From Candidatus Aenigmatarchaeota archaeon (GTDB lineage: Archaea > Aenigmatarchaeota > Aenigmatarchaeia > Aenigmatarchaeales > Aenigmatarchaeaceae): a DNA stretch of 64,000 nt. Both the position numbers and the translations under genes were made by a program. A model generated the notes under the pieces. The model made no database searches. It was not told the DNA's origin and saw nothing but the letters and a program-made list of their open reading frames with translations. The stretch spans positions 64,622-128,621 of the forward strand of contig JAZDKZ010000001.1 in assembly GCA_043802485.1 (NCBI GenBank), read 5' to 3'. Positions 27,681 through 36,491 of the stretch are shown here, piece by piece; positions within the stretch are counted from its first letter, which is position 1; every line of letters starts with the position of its first letter.

Positions 27681-28421
27681 ATGAAGATGAAATTTCTCAC
27701 TGAGCCTGCCTTGCTTTTGGATAGGACTCTTGTTATAACGGATTTGCATATAGGGCTTGAGCACGAGATATACAAGTCGGGAATAACCGTGCCTTCCCAA
27801 TTGGAGAAATTGAAGGAAAGACTGGATAAAATCATAACGCGGACAAAGGCAAAGCATCTAGTCATCCTAGGTGATGTAAAGCACCAGGTTCCCTCAATCT
27901 CTGTGCAGGAGCACAGAGAGATACCAAAGTTTTTTGAGCACTTTTCCAAAATAAAGATTTCCATTGTAAAGGGCAACCACGACGGTGGTATAGAGAGGAT
28001 TGTTCCGAGCAAGGTCAATGTCTATGAGCCAGCGGGTTTCAAAATGGGTGACTTTCTGCTGACGCATGGTCAGGCATGGCCTGACAAAAACGATTTGGAT
28101 GCAGAACATCTTGTGATGGGGCACGTCCACCCGGCAGTTGAGTTCTGGACAGGCAACTTCAGATCCATCGAGCCGTGCTGGCTGAAATGTGACATTGACA
28201 CGAAGAAGCTTCAGAAAAAATACAAGACTGAAACAAATCTTGAACAAGGAATAGTTATGCCGTCTTTCAACCATCTCATAGGCGGCATGGCCTTTAATTC
28301 AAAGGATTTTAAGCCGATAGGTCCACTTCTGAATAACAATATTCTAAAATGGAAGAAATCAGAAATCTATCTACTAGATGGAACATTTTTAGGCAATCTG
28401 AAAAATTTGAAGAAAAGTTAG
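27681..28421 (+). CDS. SbcD/Mre11-related archaeal metallophosphoesterase
   Basis: Contains LVITDLHIG, LVILGDVKH, KGNHDGG, LLTHGQ and MGHVHP, i.e. the DxH...GDxxH...GNHD pattern. Confidence 0.7.
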   Translation: MKMKFLTEPALLLDRTLVITDLHIGLEHEIYKSGITVPSQLEKLKERLDKIITRTKAKHLVILGDVKHQVPSISVQEHREIPKFFEHFSKIKISIVKGNHDGGIERIVPSKVNVYEPAGFKMGDFLLTHGQAWPDKNDLDAEHLVMGHVHPAVEFWTGNFRSIEPCWLKCDIDTKKLQKKYKTETNLEQGIVMPSFNHLIGGMAFNSKDFKPIGPLLNNNILKWKKSEIYLLDGTFLGNLKNLKKS

Positions 28422-28768
28422 ACGTATTGTGTAGGCATTACTAAACTTTGGAATTCATGGAATTCTTTCGGTACATTCCTTTGTGTCAGATCCGCTTCTA
28501 CGACTTTATAGTCGCTCTTTATTACTTCTAGTGATTTTTTCTTAAACTCTTTCTCAGCAGCATCAGAAGCTTCTTTTAAATTCTCTATGTTTTGTAAAAG
28601 AAAATCGAGTATTTTAGCATCTTTTTTATTGAGCTTTTCCCCGAGCCTGTATCCGGCTTCTAAATCAAATTTAGTTAAATCTATTTCAGGATGTCTTTCA
28701 TCTGTAATCTCTCTTAAACCAGGATCAATCCTGAGCCTCATAACATATATGTCTGCCATTTTAATCAC
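28418..28768 (-). CDS. Hypothetical protein
   Basis: A 116-aa AT-rich ORF with no recognisable motif. Confidence 0.3.
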   Translation of the reverse strand: MIKMADIYVMRLRIDPGLREITDERHPEIDLTKFDLEAGYRLGEKLNKKDAKILDFLLQNIENLKEASDAAEKEFKKKSLEVIKSDYKVVEADLTQRNVPKEFHEFQSLVMPTQYV

Positions 28769-28823
28769 TATAATAAAATAACAGAAATTAAATATTTAAA
28801 CTTAACCCAAGAGAACGAGTAAA

Positions 28824-29132
28824 CTACTCTACTGACTTTGCTGAGCCGCCCTTGCCGATTCCGAGTTGAATGACGTCCCTGAATTCCTTGGTAAAGGCGT
28901 TGGTTACCTCGACTTCTGTGCCGTTCTTTATTTCCTTAGACTGGTCTCCCCAAAGAACTAACTTTATGGAACCCGAGTCGTCTTCCAGGTTTGCCTCGGT
29001 TAGAGTCGTGACAGACCCGAACTTTGTCATGATTTCTCTAGGCTCTGTTAAATCGGTAACTTTTGCTTTCAGATTTATGCCGTTCATACCGGTTTTCAAT
29101 TCACTTATTTTTACCATGCTATCAATTGTCAA
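28824..29132 (-). CDS. Single OB-fold ssDNA-binding protein (SSB/RPA-like)
   Basis: Reads ISELKTGMNGINLKAKVTDLTEPREI...LEDDSGSIKLVLWGDQ...GTEVEVTNAF. This is the typical short archaeal OB-fold pattern. Confidence 0.65.
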   Translation of the reverse strand: MTIDSMVKISELKTGMNGINLKAKVTDLTEPREIMTKFGSVTTLTEANLEDDSGSIKLVLWGDQSKEIKNGTEVEVTNAFTKEFRDVIQLGIGKGGSAKSVE

Positions 29133-29147
29133 CTATTATTTATAAAT

Positions 29148-29561
29148 CTATATAATGCCCCCGACCCAGTAAATCATGATCAGCAGAATTAGGATTATCA
29201 GGTACTCACCGAAACCACCGGTCTTCACAGGTCCGTTGAATTTGGGCCTCTCCAAAGGCCAGAGAGGCATTATTCCCCTGTGCGTCAACGAATCGGCAAT
29301 CAGATGGCTTATAAAGCCGATGGAGAAAACGATTGCAGTCATCCTGTCGAACAAGAAAAACCTGAAACCTATGAAAAGCAATATCATCAGGAACCATATG
29401 TTGTGAAAAACCTTTCTGTGGAACTTTTTGAACTTTGTGTCTATATCGGGTATGAGCACTCCCACGAATGCAAATAGCGACATGTAAACGGGAAAGTTGA
29501 GAATGAAACCAAATATCAGCAAGATGAAGAAAGCGAATATGAGATGCGTCACTTTTTGCAT
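29148..29561 (-). CDS. Membrane-bound metal-dependent hydrolase YdjM/DUF457-like
   Basis: Contains THLIFAFF, LIPDIDT, HRKVFHN and HLIADSLTHRGIMPLWP, with four TM helices. Confidence 0.65.
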   Translation of the reverse strand: MQKVTHLIFAFFILLIFGFILNFPVYMSLFAFVGVLIPDIDTKFKKFHRKVFHNIWFLMILLFIGFRFFLFDRMTAIVFSIGFISHLIADSLTHRGIMPLWPLERPKFNGPVKTGGFGEYLIILILLIMIYWVGGII

Positions 29562-29596
29562 AAGAATATATGTTGAAACCCATAAATCAATTTAAC

Positions 29597-30232
29597 ATGA
29601 AGCCCAAAGCCATACTTTTCGACGTCGACGGTACCTTGGTTCCGTTTGACGGGATAATAAAGCACATACAGAAAGCTTGCAGGCATTTCAATGTCCGCGT
29701 ACCTTTGAAGAAAGAGCTTATGGACAATATAATGGGGTACAAGATAAGGGAAAGCATTCCTAAGCTGATTCCAGAGACAAAGAGCATAATCAAAGAGTTT
29801 GAAAAGTATTATGGAGAATCCTACAAAAAGGATGTGGAATCAATAAAGCCCTTTCCCTATGTCAAGCCTATTCTGGACTGGGTTGAGAGTGAAGGCATGA
29901 AAATAGGCATAGTAACCACAAAATCCAATCTCATGGCTAAAACAACTCTTGATCATTACAAGATTCCTTATGACGTTATCATAGGTTTTGATGACGTGAA
30001 GAACAGAAAGCCGCATCCTGAGCCTGTTATCAAGGCTTGTAAATTATTGAAAATCAAACCAGATGAAAGCATGTTTTTGGGCGATCATCCGTTTGATATA
30101 CAATCTGCGAAAAGTGCTGGTTCTGTTGCCGTGGGAGTTCTGGATGGATGGGGCAACGAGACCAATCTGAAGGAAGCCGGGGCAGACTTTGTTGTGGAAG
30201 ATTTAAGAAGCTTGAAAAAATTATTAGAATAA
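29597..30232 (+). CDS. HAD-superfamily hydrolase (phosphoglycolate phosphatase-like)
   Basis: Contains AILFDVDGTLV, IVTTKS and FLGDHPFDIQSAKSAG. The start was set at the MKPKAILFD ATG. Confidence 0.8.
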   Translation: MKPKAILFDVDGTLVPFDGIIKHIQKACRHFNVRVPLKKELMDNIMGYKIRESIPKLIPETKSIIKEFEKYYGESYKKDVESIKPFPYVKPILDWVESEGMKIGIVTTKSNLMAKTTLDHYKIPYDVIIGFDDVKNRKPHPEPVIKACKLLKIKPDESMFLGDHPFDIQSAKSAGSVAVGVLDGWGNETNLKEAGADFVVEDLRSLKKLLE

Positions 30233-30233
30233 G

Positions 30234-31790
30234 GTGATAAGGTTCAAAAAATTTTACGTGACAACGGCAATAGACTATCCTAATGCAAAGCCTCATTTGG
30301 GCCAGGCCTACGAGAAAATTATCGCAGATGTCATTGCAAGATTTCATAGAGCTAGATGTGAAGATGTCTTTTTCCTGACAGGTATGGACGAGCACGGTCA
30401 GAAGATAGAGAACGCTGCGAAAAAGTCAGGCAAGTCACCGCAGGAGTTCGTTGATGATATGTCCGTCTTCTTCAAAGATTTGTGTGAGAAGCTAAACATA
30501 AGCAACGACGACTTTATCAGGACAACAAATAAAAATCATGAAAAAAATGTGACTGAAATACTTGAAAAAGTTTCTGAAAAAGAAGATATATACAAAGACC
30601 ATTATGAAGGTCTTTATTGTATTTCTTGTGAAGCTTTCTATACTGAGAAGGACGCTGTCGATGGAAAATGTCCTGTTCATAAATCGAAGTTAGAAGTACT
30701 AAGAGAAGAGTCGTATTTCTTTAGATTGAGCAAATATAGGGAAAGTATAATAAAATATATAAAAAACAATGAAAAATTCATAATTCCAGAATTTAGAAGA
30801 AGTGAAATTCTAAACAGACTTCAAGAAGACCTGAGAGACCTTAGCATTTCAAGAACCAACTTCAGTTGGGGAATAACATTGCCAGAGAAAATAACAGGAA
30901 CAGAAAAAGGTCATGTTATTTATGTTTGGTTTGACGCACTAACAAACTACGCTACAGCTCTTTGTGAAGGAGCTTCTTTTACCCCGTCTAAATTCCAAGC
31001 TACTCAGCCGAATGAAGGAAGTAAAAACGAAAAATACTGGCCTCCTGATGTGCAAGTCATAGGAAAAGACATTTTGTGGTTCCATACTGTTATCTGGCCC
31101 GCAATTTTAATGTCTCTTGGTATACCTTTGCCAAAAACAATTCTTGTTCACGGTTTCATAAATATCGGCGGAGAAAAGCTTTCAAAAACAAGAGGGATTA
31201 TTGTAGACCCAGATAAAATTGTAGATAAATACGGGGTTGACAGCTTGAGATATTTCCTAATGAGAGAAATTCCTTTCGGAGAAGATGGAAACTTTTCAGA
31301 AGAATCTCTGATAAACAGGCATAATTCAGAGCTGGCAGACACATTAGGAAACTTGGTTAACCGTGTATTGGTTCTTGTCGAGAAGAACTTTGACGGTCTT
31401 GTTCAAGAGCCTGCAGAAAAGGACGGACTGTCAAAACTGGCTTTGGAAACTGTTGGCAAAGTCGAGTCTTCCATAGAAAATTTCCAGTTCCACAATACCT
31501 TGAATGATATTTTCTATCTTATTGGTGAGGCAAACAAGTACATAAACGAGAACAAGGTCTGGGAAATAAAGGACAAGAAAAAATTAGGTGGAATTTTATA
31601 CAATCTTCTTGAGACACTAAGATTCTCAGCAATACTTTTGTATCCTTTTATTCCAGAAACATCTGAAAAAATAATGGAACAACTGGGATTGGAAAAGAAT
31701 TTCTTTTTCAAAGATTTAGAGTGGGGTTTGCTAAAGCCCGGAACCAAAACTAACAGGGGTAAGGTCCTATTCCAGAAGATAAAGGTGTGA
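30234..31790 (+). CDS. metG: Methionyl-tRNA synthetase
   Basis: GTG start, with FYVTTAIDYPNAKPHLGQAYEKIIADV (HIGH-type), Zn knuckles (CISCEAF...CPVH), KLSKTRG (KMSKS) and an anticodon-binding domain. Confidence 0.9.
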   Translation: MIRFKKFYVTTAIDYPNAKPHLGQAYEKIIADVIARFHRARCEDVFFLTGMDEHGQKIENAAKKSGKSPQEFVDDMSVFFKDLCEKLNISNDDFIRTTNKNHEKNVTEILEKVSEKEDIYKDHYEGLYCISCEAFYTEKDAVDGKCPVHKSKLEVLREESYFFRLSKYRESIIKYIKNNEKFIIPEFRRSEILNRLQEDLRDLSISRTNFSWGITLPEKITGTEKGHVIYVWFDALTNYATALCEGASFTPSKFQATQPNEGSKNEKYWPPDVQVIGKDILWFHTVIWPAILMSLGIPLPKTILVHGFINIGGEKLSKTRGIIVDPDKIVDKYGVDSLRYFLMREIPFGEDGNFSEESLINRHNSELADTLGNLVNRVLVLVEKNFDGLVQEPAEKDGLSKLALETVGKVESSIENFQFHNTLNDIFYLIGEANKYINENKVWEIKDKKKLGGILYNLLETLRFSAILLYPFIPETSEKIMEQLGLEKNFFFKDLEWGLLKPGTKTNRGKVLFQKIKV

Positions 31791-32029
31791 TCATGAGAGT
31801 CAGTACACCAGACAGGATAATTCAGCTTATAAGAGAAAATTCGGATATAGATGCTGGTCAAGTAACCAAATGGCTAGATATAACTTATGAGACAGCATCC
31901 AAGCATCTAAGAAATCTAGTAGAGGATGACCAGCTTGAAAGATATCCCAAGGGGGACCCATGGAACTATTACTACAGGATAAGTTCCAAGAAGAAGCCGG
32001 TTACTCCGGAATTAAAAACATTCTTTTAA
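31787..32029 (+). CDS. Small winged-helix DNA-binding protein
   Basis: IIQLIRENSDIDAGQVTKWLDITYETASKHLRNLVEDDQLERYPKG is a wHTH pattern. The start overlaps the metG stop. Confidence 0.5.
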   Translation: MIMRVSTPDRIIQLIRENSDIDAGQVTKWLDITYETASKHLRNLVEDDQLERYPKGDPWNYYYRISSKKKPVTPELKTFF

Positions 32030-32045
32030 TAAAATTAAAAAATAA

Positions 32046-32068
32046 TCTCCTCTCAAAACAAGAGGAGA
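32046..32068. terminator. Perfect 8-bp inverted repeat between convergent genes (bidirectional terminator-like hairpin)
   Basis: tctcctct-caaaaca-agaggaga, flanked by A/T runs, lies between the 3' ends of the 31787..32029(+) ORF and sepF(-). Confidence 0.4.
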
Positions 32069-32090
32069 ATTTTGTTAAAAAATAAAACAA

Positions 32091-32432
32091 TCACATTCTT
32101 GCTATATGGGCAAATGATGGTGTCACAACGACCCAGTCTTCATCGATTCCTGCAATGTCGCCATTGATTGCCACACAAGTCTTTCTCAGCTTGTCAATTG
32201 CTCTTTTCAGTTCTGAAACATCCTTTCCTCTCAAAGCCTTTATCTTTACAAGGACAATCGCGCCGTCCCTTACCTGCTTTTGTATCCTGTCAGAATCTGC
32301 AAAGTCCTCTATCTTGTCAACCCTTATCGGTATCTTGCCTTGAGGCTTGTTGATTTCGCTTGTGTCAAGCTCGATGAATTCTTCTCCGCTCATCTCTCTG
32401 AAACCTTTGCCGAACAGTTTTTCAAAAACCAT
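32091..32432 (-). CDS. sepF: Cell division protein SepF (archaeal)
   Basis: Reads FIELD...IPIRVDKIEDFADSDRIQKQVRDGAIVLVKIKALRGKDVSELKRAIDKLRKTCVAINGDIAGIDEDWVVVTP. Confidence 0.75.
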   Translation of the reverse strand: MVFEKLFGKGFREMSGEEFIELDTSEINKPQGKIPIRVDKIEDFADSDRIQKQVRDGAIVLVKIKALRGKDVSELKRAIDKLRKTCVAINGDIAGIDEDWVVVTPSFAHIARM

Positions 32433-32487
32433 CCATATCTACCTCCAAAATTATCATAATTCTAATTATATCTTGAAATATAAATAT

Positions 32488-32739
32488 CTATTTCTGCATG
32501 CTCTCCATGATGGATACAATGTTCCATATCTGGGTCCTGGTGTACATGGGTATGTTAGGGTCGTTGGAGACCTCGTCCATGGTAGAAACAACAGTGTTTA
32601 CCCTCACGGCAACGTCTTCCTTCTCGTCTGCCAGAATGCTTATCGAATCCTCGCACTTTGCCCTTATGTTCCTGGGCACAGTTCGGTCGTTAGCGACCTG
32701 CTGGATGAGATTGATAACTTCTTCGAACATTGAAAACAC
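32488..32739 (-). CDS. UPF0147-family protein
   Basis: Reads VANDRTVPRNIRAKCEDSISIL...DEVSNDPNIPMYTRTQIWNIVSIME. Confidence 0.6.
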   Translation of the reverse strand: MFSMFEEVINLIQQVANDRTVPRNIRAKCEDSISILADEKEDVAVRVNTVVSTMDEVSNDPNIPMYTRTQIWNIVSIMESMQK

Positions 32740-32814
32740 CTTGCCATGAGCATCATACTAAGGATAAGGTTGGTCTTGACCTTTTAAATTGCTTTCTGTT
32801 TATTAAATAAGATA

Positions 32815-33360
32815 ATGAAAAGGCACGCGTTCAGACCAGCAATTGACAATGTTCTCAGAGAAAGACTTTCCGGATATCTTGGTTTAACTAGTTATTCTAG
32901 AGGTCCTGATTTCAAGACAATGGATAGAAAATATGTAATAGAAATGAAATGCAGAATGACTAAAGACCCTAAAAAGAATGACCATTTCAGTATAAGACCT
33001 AGACAGTTTATCAATTACAAGAATGCCATGAAACAGGTCGTGCTCAACCCCTCTAAAAACAGTCCTATATACGAACCAAACCTCCTATTCTTGTTTCTTA
33101 GATACTCTACCGAACAACCTGTCAAGAAGATAAATGATCTTTGGCAAGAGCAAATAATAATACATCCCAGCTATTTGGTCGACTATAAAGTGATAAATCC
33201 CTGCTACAAGCCGGAACTAAAGTGGATGACTGTGCAGACAGGATTACTAAATAAAAAAATAGATAATGAAAACATAGAAGCAGTCGAAATCAAAACCCCT
33301 GAATTAATGATATTTCCCATAGGAAAAAACAGCAAAGAATTGGTAAAACGATGGCTGTGA
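32815..33360 (+). CDS. Hypothetical protein with a PD-(D/E)xK nuclease-like motif (Hjc-like core?)
   Basis: The stretch RERLSGY...SRGPDFKTMDRKYVIEMKCR follows an E...PD...ExK arrangement. It is AT-richer than its neighbours and on the opposite strand to the superoperon. Confidence 0.35.
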   Translation: MKRHAFRPAIDNVLRERLSGYLGLTSYSRGPDFKTMDRKYVIEMKCRMTKDPKKNDHFSIRPRQFINYKNAMKQVVLNPSKNSPIYEPNLLFLFLRYSTEQPVKKINDLWQEQIIIHPSYLVDYKVINPCYKPELKWMTVQTGLLNKKIDNENIEAVEIKTPELMIFPIGKNSKELVKRWL

Positions 33361-33729
33361 TTACTCTGCAGCCGACTTTTTTTCATGACCCTTGAGGATT
33401 TCTTCCAGTTTCTTCTGGTTCTCTTCCATCCTGTCCTTCATCCTCTTTTCCTGCTTGTTAAGGCTCTTCAGCCTGAGATCGATGGTCTCCTTCCTCTCGT
33501 TCAGCTCGATCTTCAGCTTCTCCTTGTCAGCCTTTATCAGGATCGGACCCACAGCCTTGAACACGTCCTCGTCCTTCACCTTTCCCAGCTCAACTAGAGC
33601 CTTGTCCATCTCCATGTTCTGTATGCTCAGGCTCTCTTTCTGGATCAGAACAGTCTGCATCTGCTGCTGGTATGCCTGTAGCTCCATCAGAATCTGCTGT
33701 GTTTCCGGTGTTATTTTTAGTTCGCTCAT
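33361..33729 (-). CDS. pfdB: Prefoldin subunit beta
   Basis: Reads QQILMELQAYQQQMQTVLIQKESLSIQNMEMDKALVELGKV...VFKAVGPILIK...LNERKETIDLRLKSLNKQEKRM. Confidence 0.85.
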   Translation of the reverse strand: MSELKITPETQQILMELQAYQQQMQTVLIQKESLSIQNMEMDKALVELGKVKDEDVFKAVGPILIKADKEKLKIELNERKETIDLRLKSLNKQEKRMKDRMEENQKKLEEILKGHEKKSAAE

Positions 33730-33944
33730 TCAATCTCCTCCGTATTTATCGCGGTCCTTATCAGCTTTATGTAAGAGTTTATACCCGCAAGCAGGCCTGC
33801 GATGTCCTCTGACTTGACTGCCAGAAGCACCTTGCCGTCCCCTGCCTTTAGCCTGACCTCGAACCTTCTAGAATCCATGTCAGGCTCTATCGCCTTCACG
33901 ACCGTTTCAGGATTCATGCATTCTATCTCTATCTGAGCCTTCAT
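33726..33944 (-). CDS. pcc1: KEOPS subunit Pcc1-like
   Basis: A 72-aa product reading AQIEIECMNPETVVKAIEPDMD...VRLKAGDGKVLLAVKSEDIAGLLAGINSYIKLIRTAIN. It sits in the conserved position between rpoP and pfdB. Confidence 0.65.
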   Translation of the reverse strand: MKAQIEIECMNPETVVKAIEPDMDSRRFEVRLKAGDGKVLLAVKSEDIAGLLAGINSYIKLIRTAINTEEIE

Positions 33945-33945
33945 T

Positions 33946-34080
33946 CTAATCCGAGCTTACTTTCACGACAGTCTTGGGGGTTTCCTTTGTTATTATCTTG
34001 TACCCACAGTAAGGACATCTTATCTTTTCCTTCACTTGCTTCATCTCTATCTTTTCGCCGCAGTTAAGACATTTATACAT
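33946..34080 (-). CDS. rpoP: RNA polymerase subunit P (Rpo12)
   Basis: Not in the ORF track because it is under 60 aa. Hand translation gives MYKCLNCGEKIEMKQVKEKIRCPYCGYKIITKETPKTVVKVSSD, a CxxC...CxxC zinc ribbon, in the conserved position after rpl37ae. Confidence 0.8.
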   Translation of the reverse strand: MYKCLNCGEKIEMKQVKEKIRCPYCGYKIITKETPKTVVKVSSD

Positions 34081-34297
34081 TTTTCTCACTCTTTGGGAAG
34101 TAGGCTGCCCCTGCGAACTTGGTCTTGCATTTCTTGCAGTACCAGATTCCTGATGAGACCCTTTTCAGGGCGTTCCTCTCGCAGTACGGGCACGTTTTAC
34201 TCTGTCTCTGCTTCTCTTCCATCTTCTTTATTATCTTCTTGGTTTTGGTTCCGTACCTTGGACCGAACCTGCCTGTGCTACCTACTTTCTTTGTCAT
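34073..34297 (-). CDS. rpl37ae: 50S ribosomal protein L37Ae (eL43)
   Basis: Reads GSTGRFGPRYGTKTKK...CPYCERNALKRVSSGIWYCKKCKTKFAGAAY. Confidence 0.9.
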   Translation of the reverse strand: MTKKVGSTGRFGPRYGTKTKKIIKKMEEKQRQSKTCPYCERNALKRVSSGIWYCKKCKTKFAGAAYFPKSEKNV

Positions 34298-35070
34298 TTA
34301 ATCAACTTTCTTAATTCTTTGCCTTTCGCAATTGATAAATCTGCCGCCTTTGCTATCTCGTCTATGGTGAAAAAGCCGTTGCCGCCCTTCTGTATGGAGC
34401 AGATGTTGCCGTTTTCCATTGTTGTTATGGTTATCCTGGCGTCAATGCTCTTCTCTTCCTCTAGGTTGGTGTCCAGCATAAGGGTGTTGCCTATCTTCAC
34501 TGTTGTTATCGCTATCGGCGTGTCCCTTATGGGCAGCTTGCCTGCCTTTTCTTCGAAGACAATCTTTTTATCCTCATACTTTGGTAGCTCTGCGGTTTTC
34601 AGGGCTGCTATTGCTGCCAAGGCCGCTGCGTCCTGGAGGTTCCCGTCATAGTCCAGCACATGTATGTCAACGTTGACCATCCAAACAGCCTCTTCAGGAG
34701 TTATGCACAGCTTCTCAACATCAATACACTTGCTCTCTCTTATGCCGCGGTCAGTGACCCTTGCTATCTCTATCGAGTCCTCCCTTGGAGGGCCTGCCTC
34801 GAATTCTGGCGACGCCACTGGCGACAGCTCTGCGTTGACAATGAGAACGCCCTCGTCCGGTGTGTCAGGGAATGGTGTTCCTACGGACATCTTGACACCT
34901 GCAAGCACGTGCGTGTTGCCTATCCTGACTCTTGCAGAGCCTTCCGCGTTCCCTATCACGTTGGTCTCTACGCTTATCTCCCTGAACTCTTCCGGCTTCC
35001 TCTCGTCCACCCTCAAGCCCTTTTCTGCCATCTTTCTTACATAATCTTCACTCATCAACATCTGCATCAC
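34294..35070 (-). CDS. rrp42: Exosome complex component Rrp42 (RNase PH-like, inactive subunit)
   Basis: Contains GLRVDERKPEEFREISVETNVIGNAEGSARVRIGNTHVLAGVK and DGNLQDAAALAAIAAL. Confidence 0.85.
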   Translation of the reverse strand: MMQMLMSEDYVRKMAEKGLRVDERKPEEFREISVETNVIGNAEGSARVRIGNTHVLAGVKMSVGTPFPDTPDEGVLIVNAELSPVASPEFEAGPPREDSIEIARVTDRGIRESKCIDVEKLCITPEEAVWMVNVDIHVLDYDGNLQDAAALAAIAALKTAELPKYEDKKIVFEEKAGKLPIRDTPIAITTVKIGNTLMLDTNLEEEKSIDARITITTMENGNICSIQKGGNGFFTIDEIAKAADLSIAKGKELRKLIK

Positions 35071-35797
35071 CTGTATTGTATTTTTCTCTTAGTGCCTGCC
35101 TCTGCTTCTCGCTTATTTCTGAGCAGCCTTTTCCAGCAAGCTTCAGCATTGTTACCATCTCTTCCCTGGTTATTATGCCATCCATCTGCAACAGGACCAC
35201 CTTATCCTCGTTGCCCACCATTGCTACAGCCATGTCCACGTCTCCGTAATTGTCCTCAATGCCGTACAAGTCCAGAGCAATCTGGCCGTCGACCTTTCCC
35301 ACGCTGCATGAGCTTACCATGTTGCTCATTGGCACGCCTGCATCCACCAAAGCCAGGGATGCTGCGTTCAGAGCCGCGCACCTTGTCGAGGCGTCAGCCT
35401 GCAGTATCTCCATGAAGACGTCTACGGCAGTCTTTGGATACTCGTTGAAGAACACCACGTTTGACAAAGCCTCCTTTATCACCATGGATATCTCTGTTGC
35501 CCTGCGGCTTCTGCCAGGTCTTATCCTCTCCTTTGTCGAGAAGGGCGCCATGGCGTACCTGCATCTTAAGATAGTCTTCTGCGGATCTTCCATGTGCCTT
35601 GGGTGCACTTCCCTCGGGCCTTGAACAGCTGCTAGGGCGTACGTGTTGCCGAACCTGAACGTTGCCGAGCCGTTCGACTTTTTCAGCACTCCAATCTCAA
35701 GTTCCATTGGCCTGAACTGGTCCAGAGTTCTTCCGTCAAGTCTTTTGCCGTTTATTATCATTTTTTCCGGTTTTCCTGCTTTTCCCATATTAATCAC
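35048..35797 (-). CDS. rrp41: Exosome complex exonuclease Rrp41 (RNase PH)
   Basis: Contains GKRLDGRTLDQFRPMELEIGVLKKSNGSATFRFGNT, PGRSRRATEIS and QADASTRCAALNAASLALVDAGVPM. Confidence 0.9.
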   Translation of the reverse strand: MINMGKAGKPEKMIINGKRLDGRTLDQFRPMELEIGVLKKSNGSATFRFGNTYALAAVQGPREVHPRHMEDPQKTILRCRYAMAPFSTKERIRPGRSRRATEISMVIKEALSNVVFFNEYPKTAVDVFMEILQADASTRCAALNAASLALVDAGVPMSNMVSSCSVGKVDGQIALDLYGIEDNYGDVDMAVAMVGNEDKVVLLQMDGIITREEMVTMLKLAGKGCSEISEKQRQALREKYNTGDADVDE

Positions 35798-36491
35798 CCT
35801 TCTCCAAAAATTGGGATATCTTATCTGTCAGACCTGACACATGCGACTCCCTCTCTATCTTCAAGACGGTCTTCGCAGCCAGGCTCTCCTTCTCTCCCTT
35901 TATCCAAATAATTCCGTTCTGACCAACGATTATCTGGCACTTTGTCTTGTCCTTTATCAGCTCTATCATGGAGCCGGACTTGCCTATGACCCTCGGCACC
36001 TTTGCCGGCGTTATCCTAAGAATCCTGCCGCCGATCAGCTTTCTTGCCCGGTGGTCGTTCATGGTCAGCTGTATCCTCTTTGATTTCGAGACGTTCAGGA
36101 CCTTTGCATAGACAATGTCCCCGATATCAAAGTAGACTGAAATGTCAGTCTTGTTCAAATCAACATATTCTCCCACAGCCTCGCCCAAGGGCAGTATCGC
36201 GTCATAAGGCGAGTTTATATCAACAATCCATATCGTGGTCTGCATGTCGAAGACAAAACCGATTATGCCGTCCCCCATCTTGGGATTATATACTCCTGAC
36301 AACGGTATTGCTCCTACAAATCTGTCCTTTACCTTTGCTAAGCCTAAAATTTTCGACTTTATCTTGTTGTCCGATCTAAAGCTTCCTGAAGAGGGCAGAA
36401 AGTCCAAGCCGGTTGCCAAAGTATCGCCCGGAATGACCAGCTGCCTCTCCTTTACCAAAACCTCTGATTTTGTTTCATTCATATTAATCAC
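35790..36491 (-). CDS. rrp4: Exosome RNA-binding subunit Rrp4 (S1 + KH)
   Basis: Has an N-terminal domain, an S1 domain (GDGIIGFVFDMQTTIWIVDI...VYAKV) and a KH domain (PRVIGKSGSMIELIKDKTKCQIIVGQNGIIWIKG). Confidence 0.85.
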   Translation of the reverse strand: MINMNETKSEVLVKERQLVIPGDTLATGLDFLPSSGSFRSDNKIKSKILGLAKVKDRFVGAIPLSGVYNPKMGDGIIGFVFDMQTTIWIVDINSPYDAILPLGEAVGEYVDLNKTDISVYFDIGDIVYAKVLNVSKSKRIQLTMNDHRARKLIGGRILRITPAKVPRVIGKSGSMIELIKDKTKCQIIVGQNGIIWIKGEKESLAAKTVLKIERESHVSGLTDKISQFLEKGD

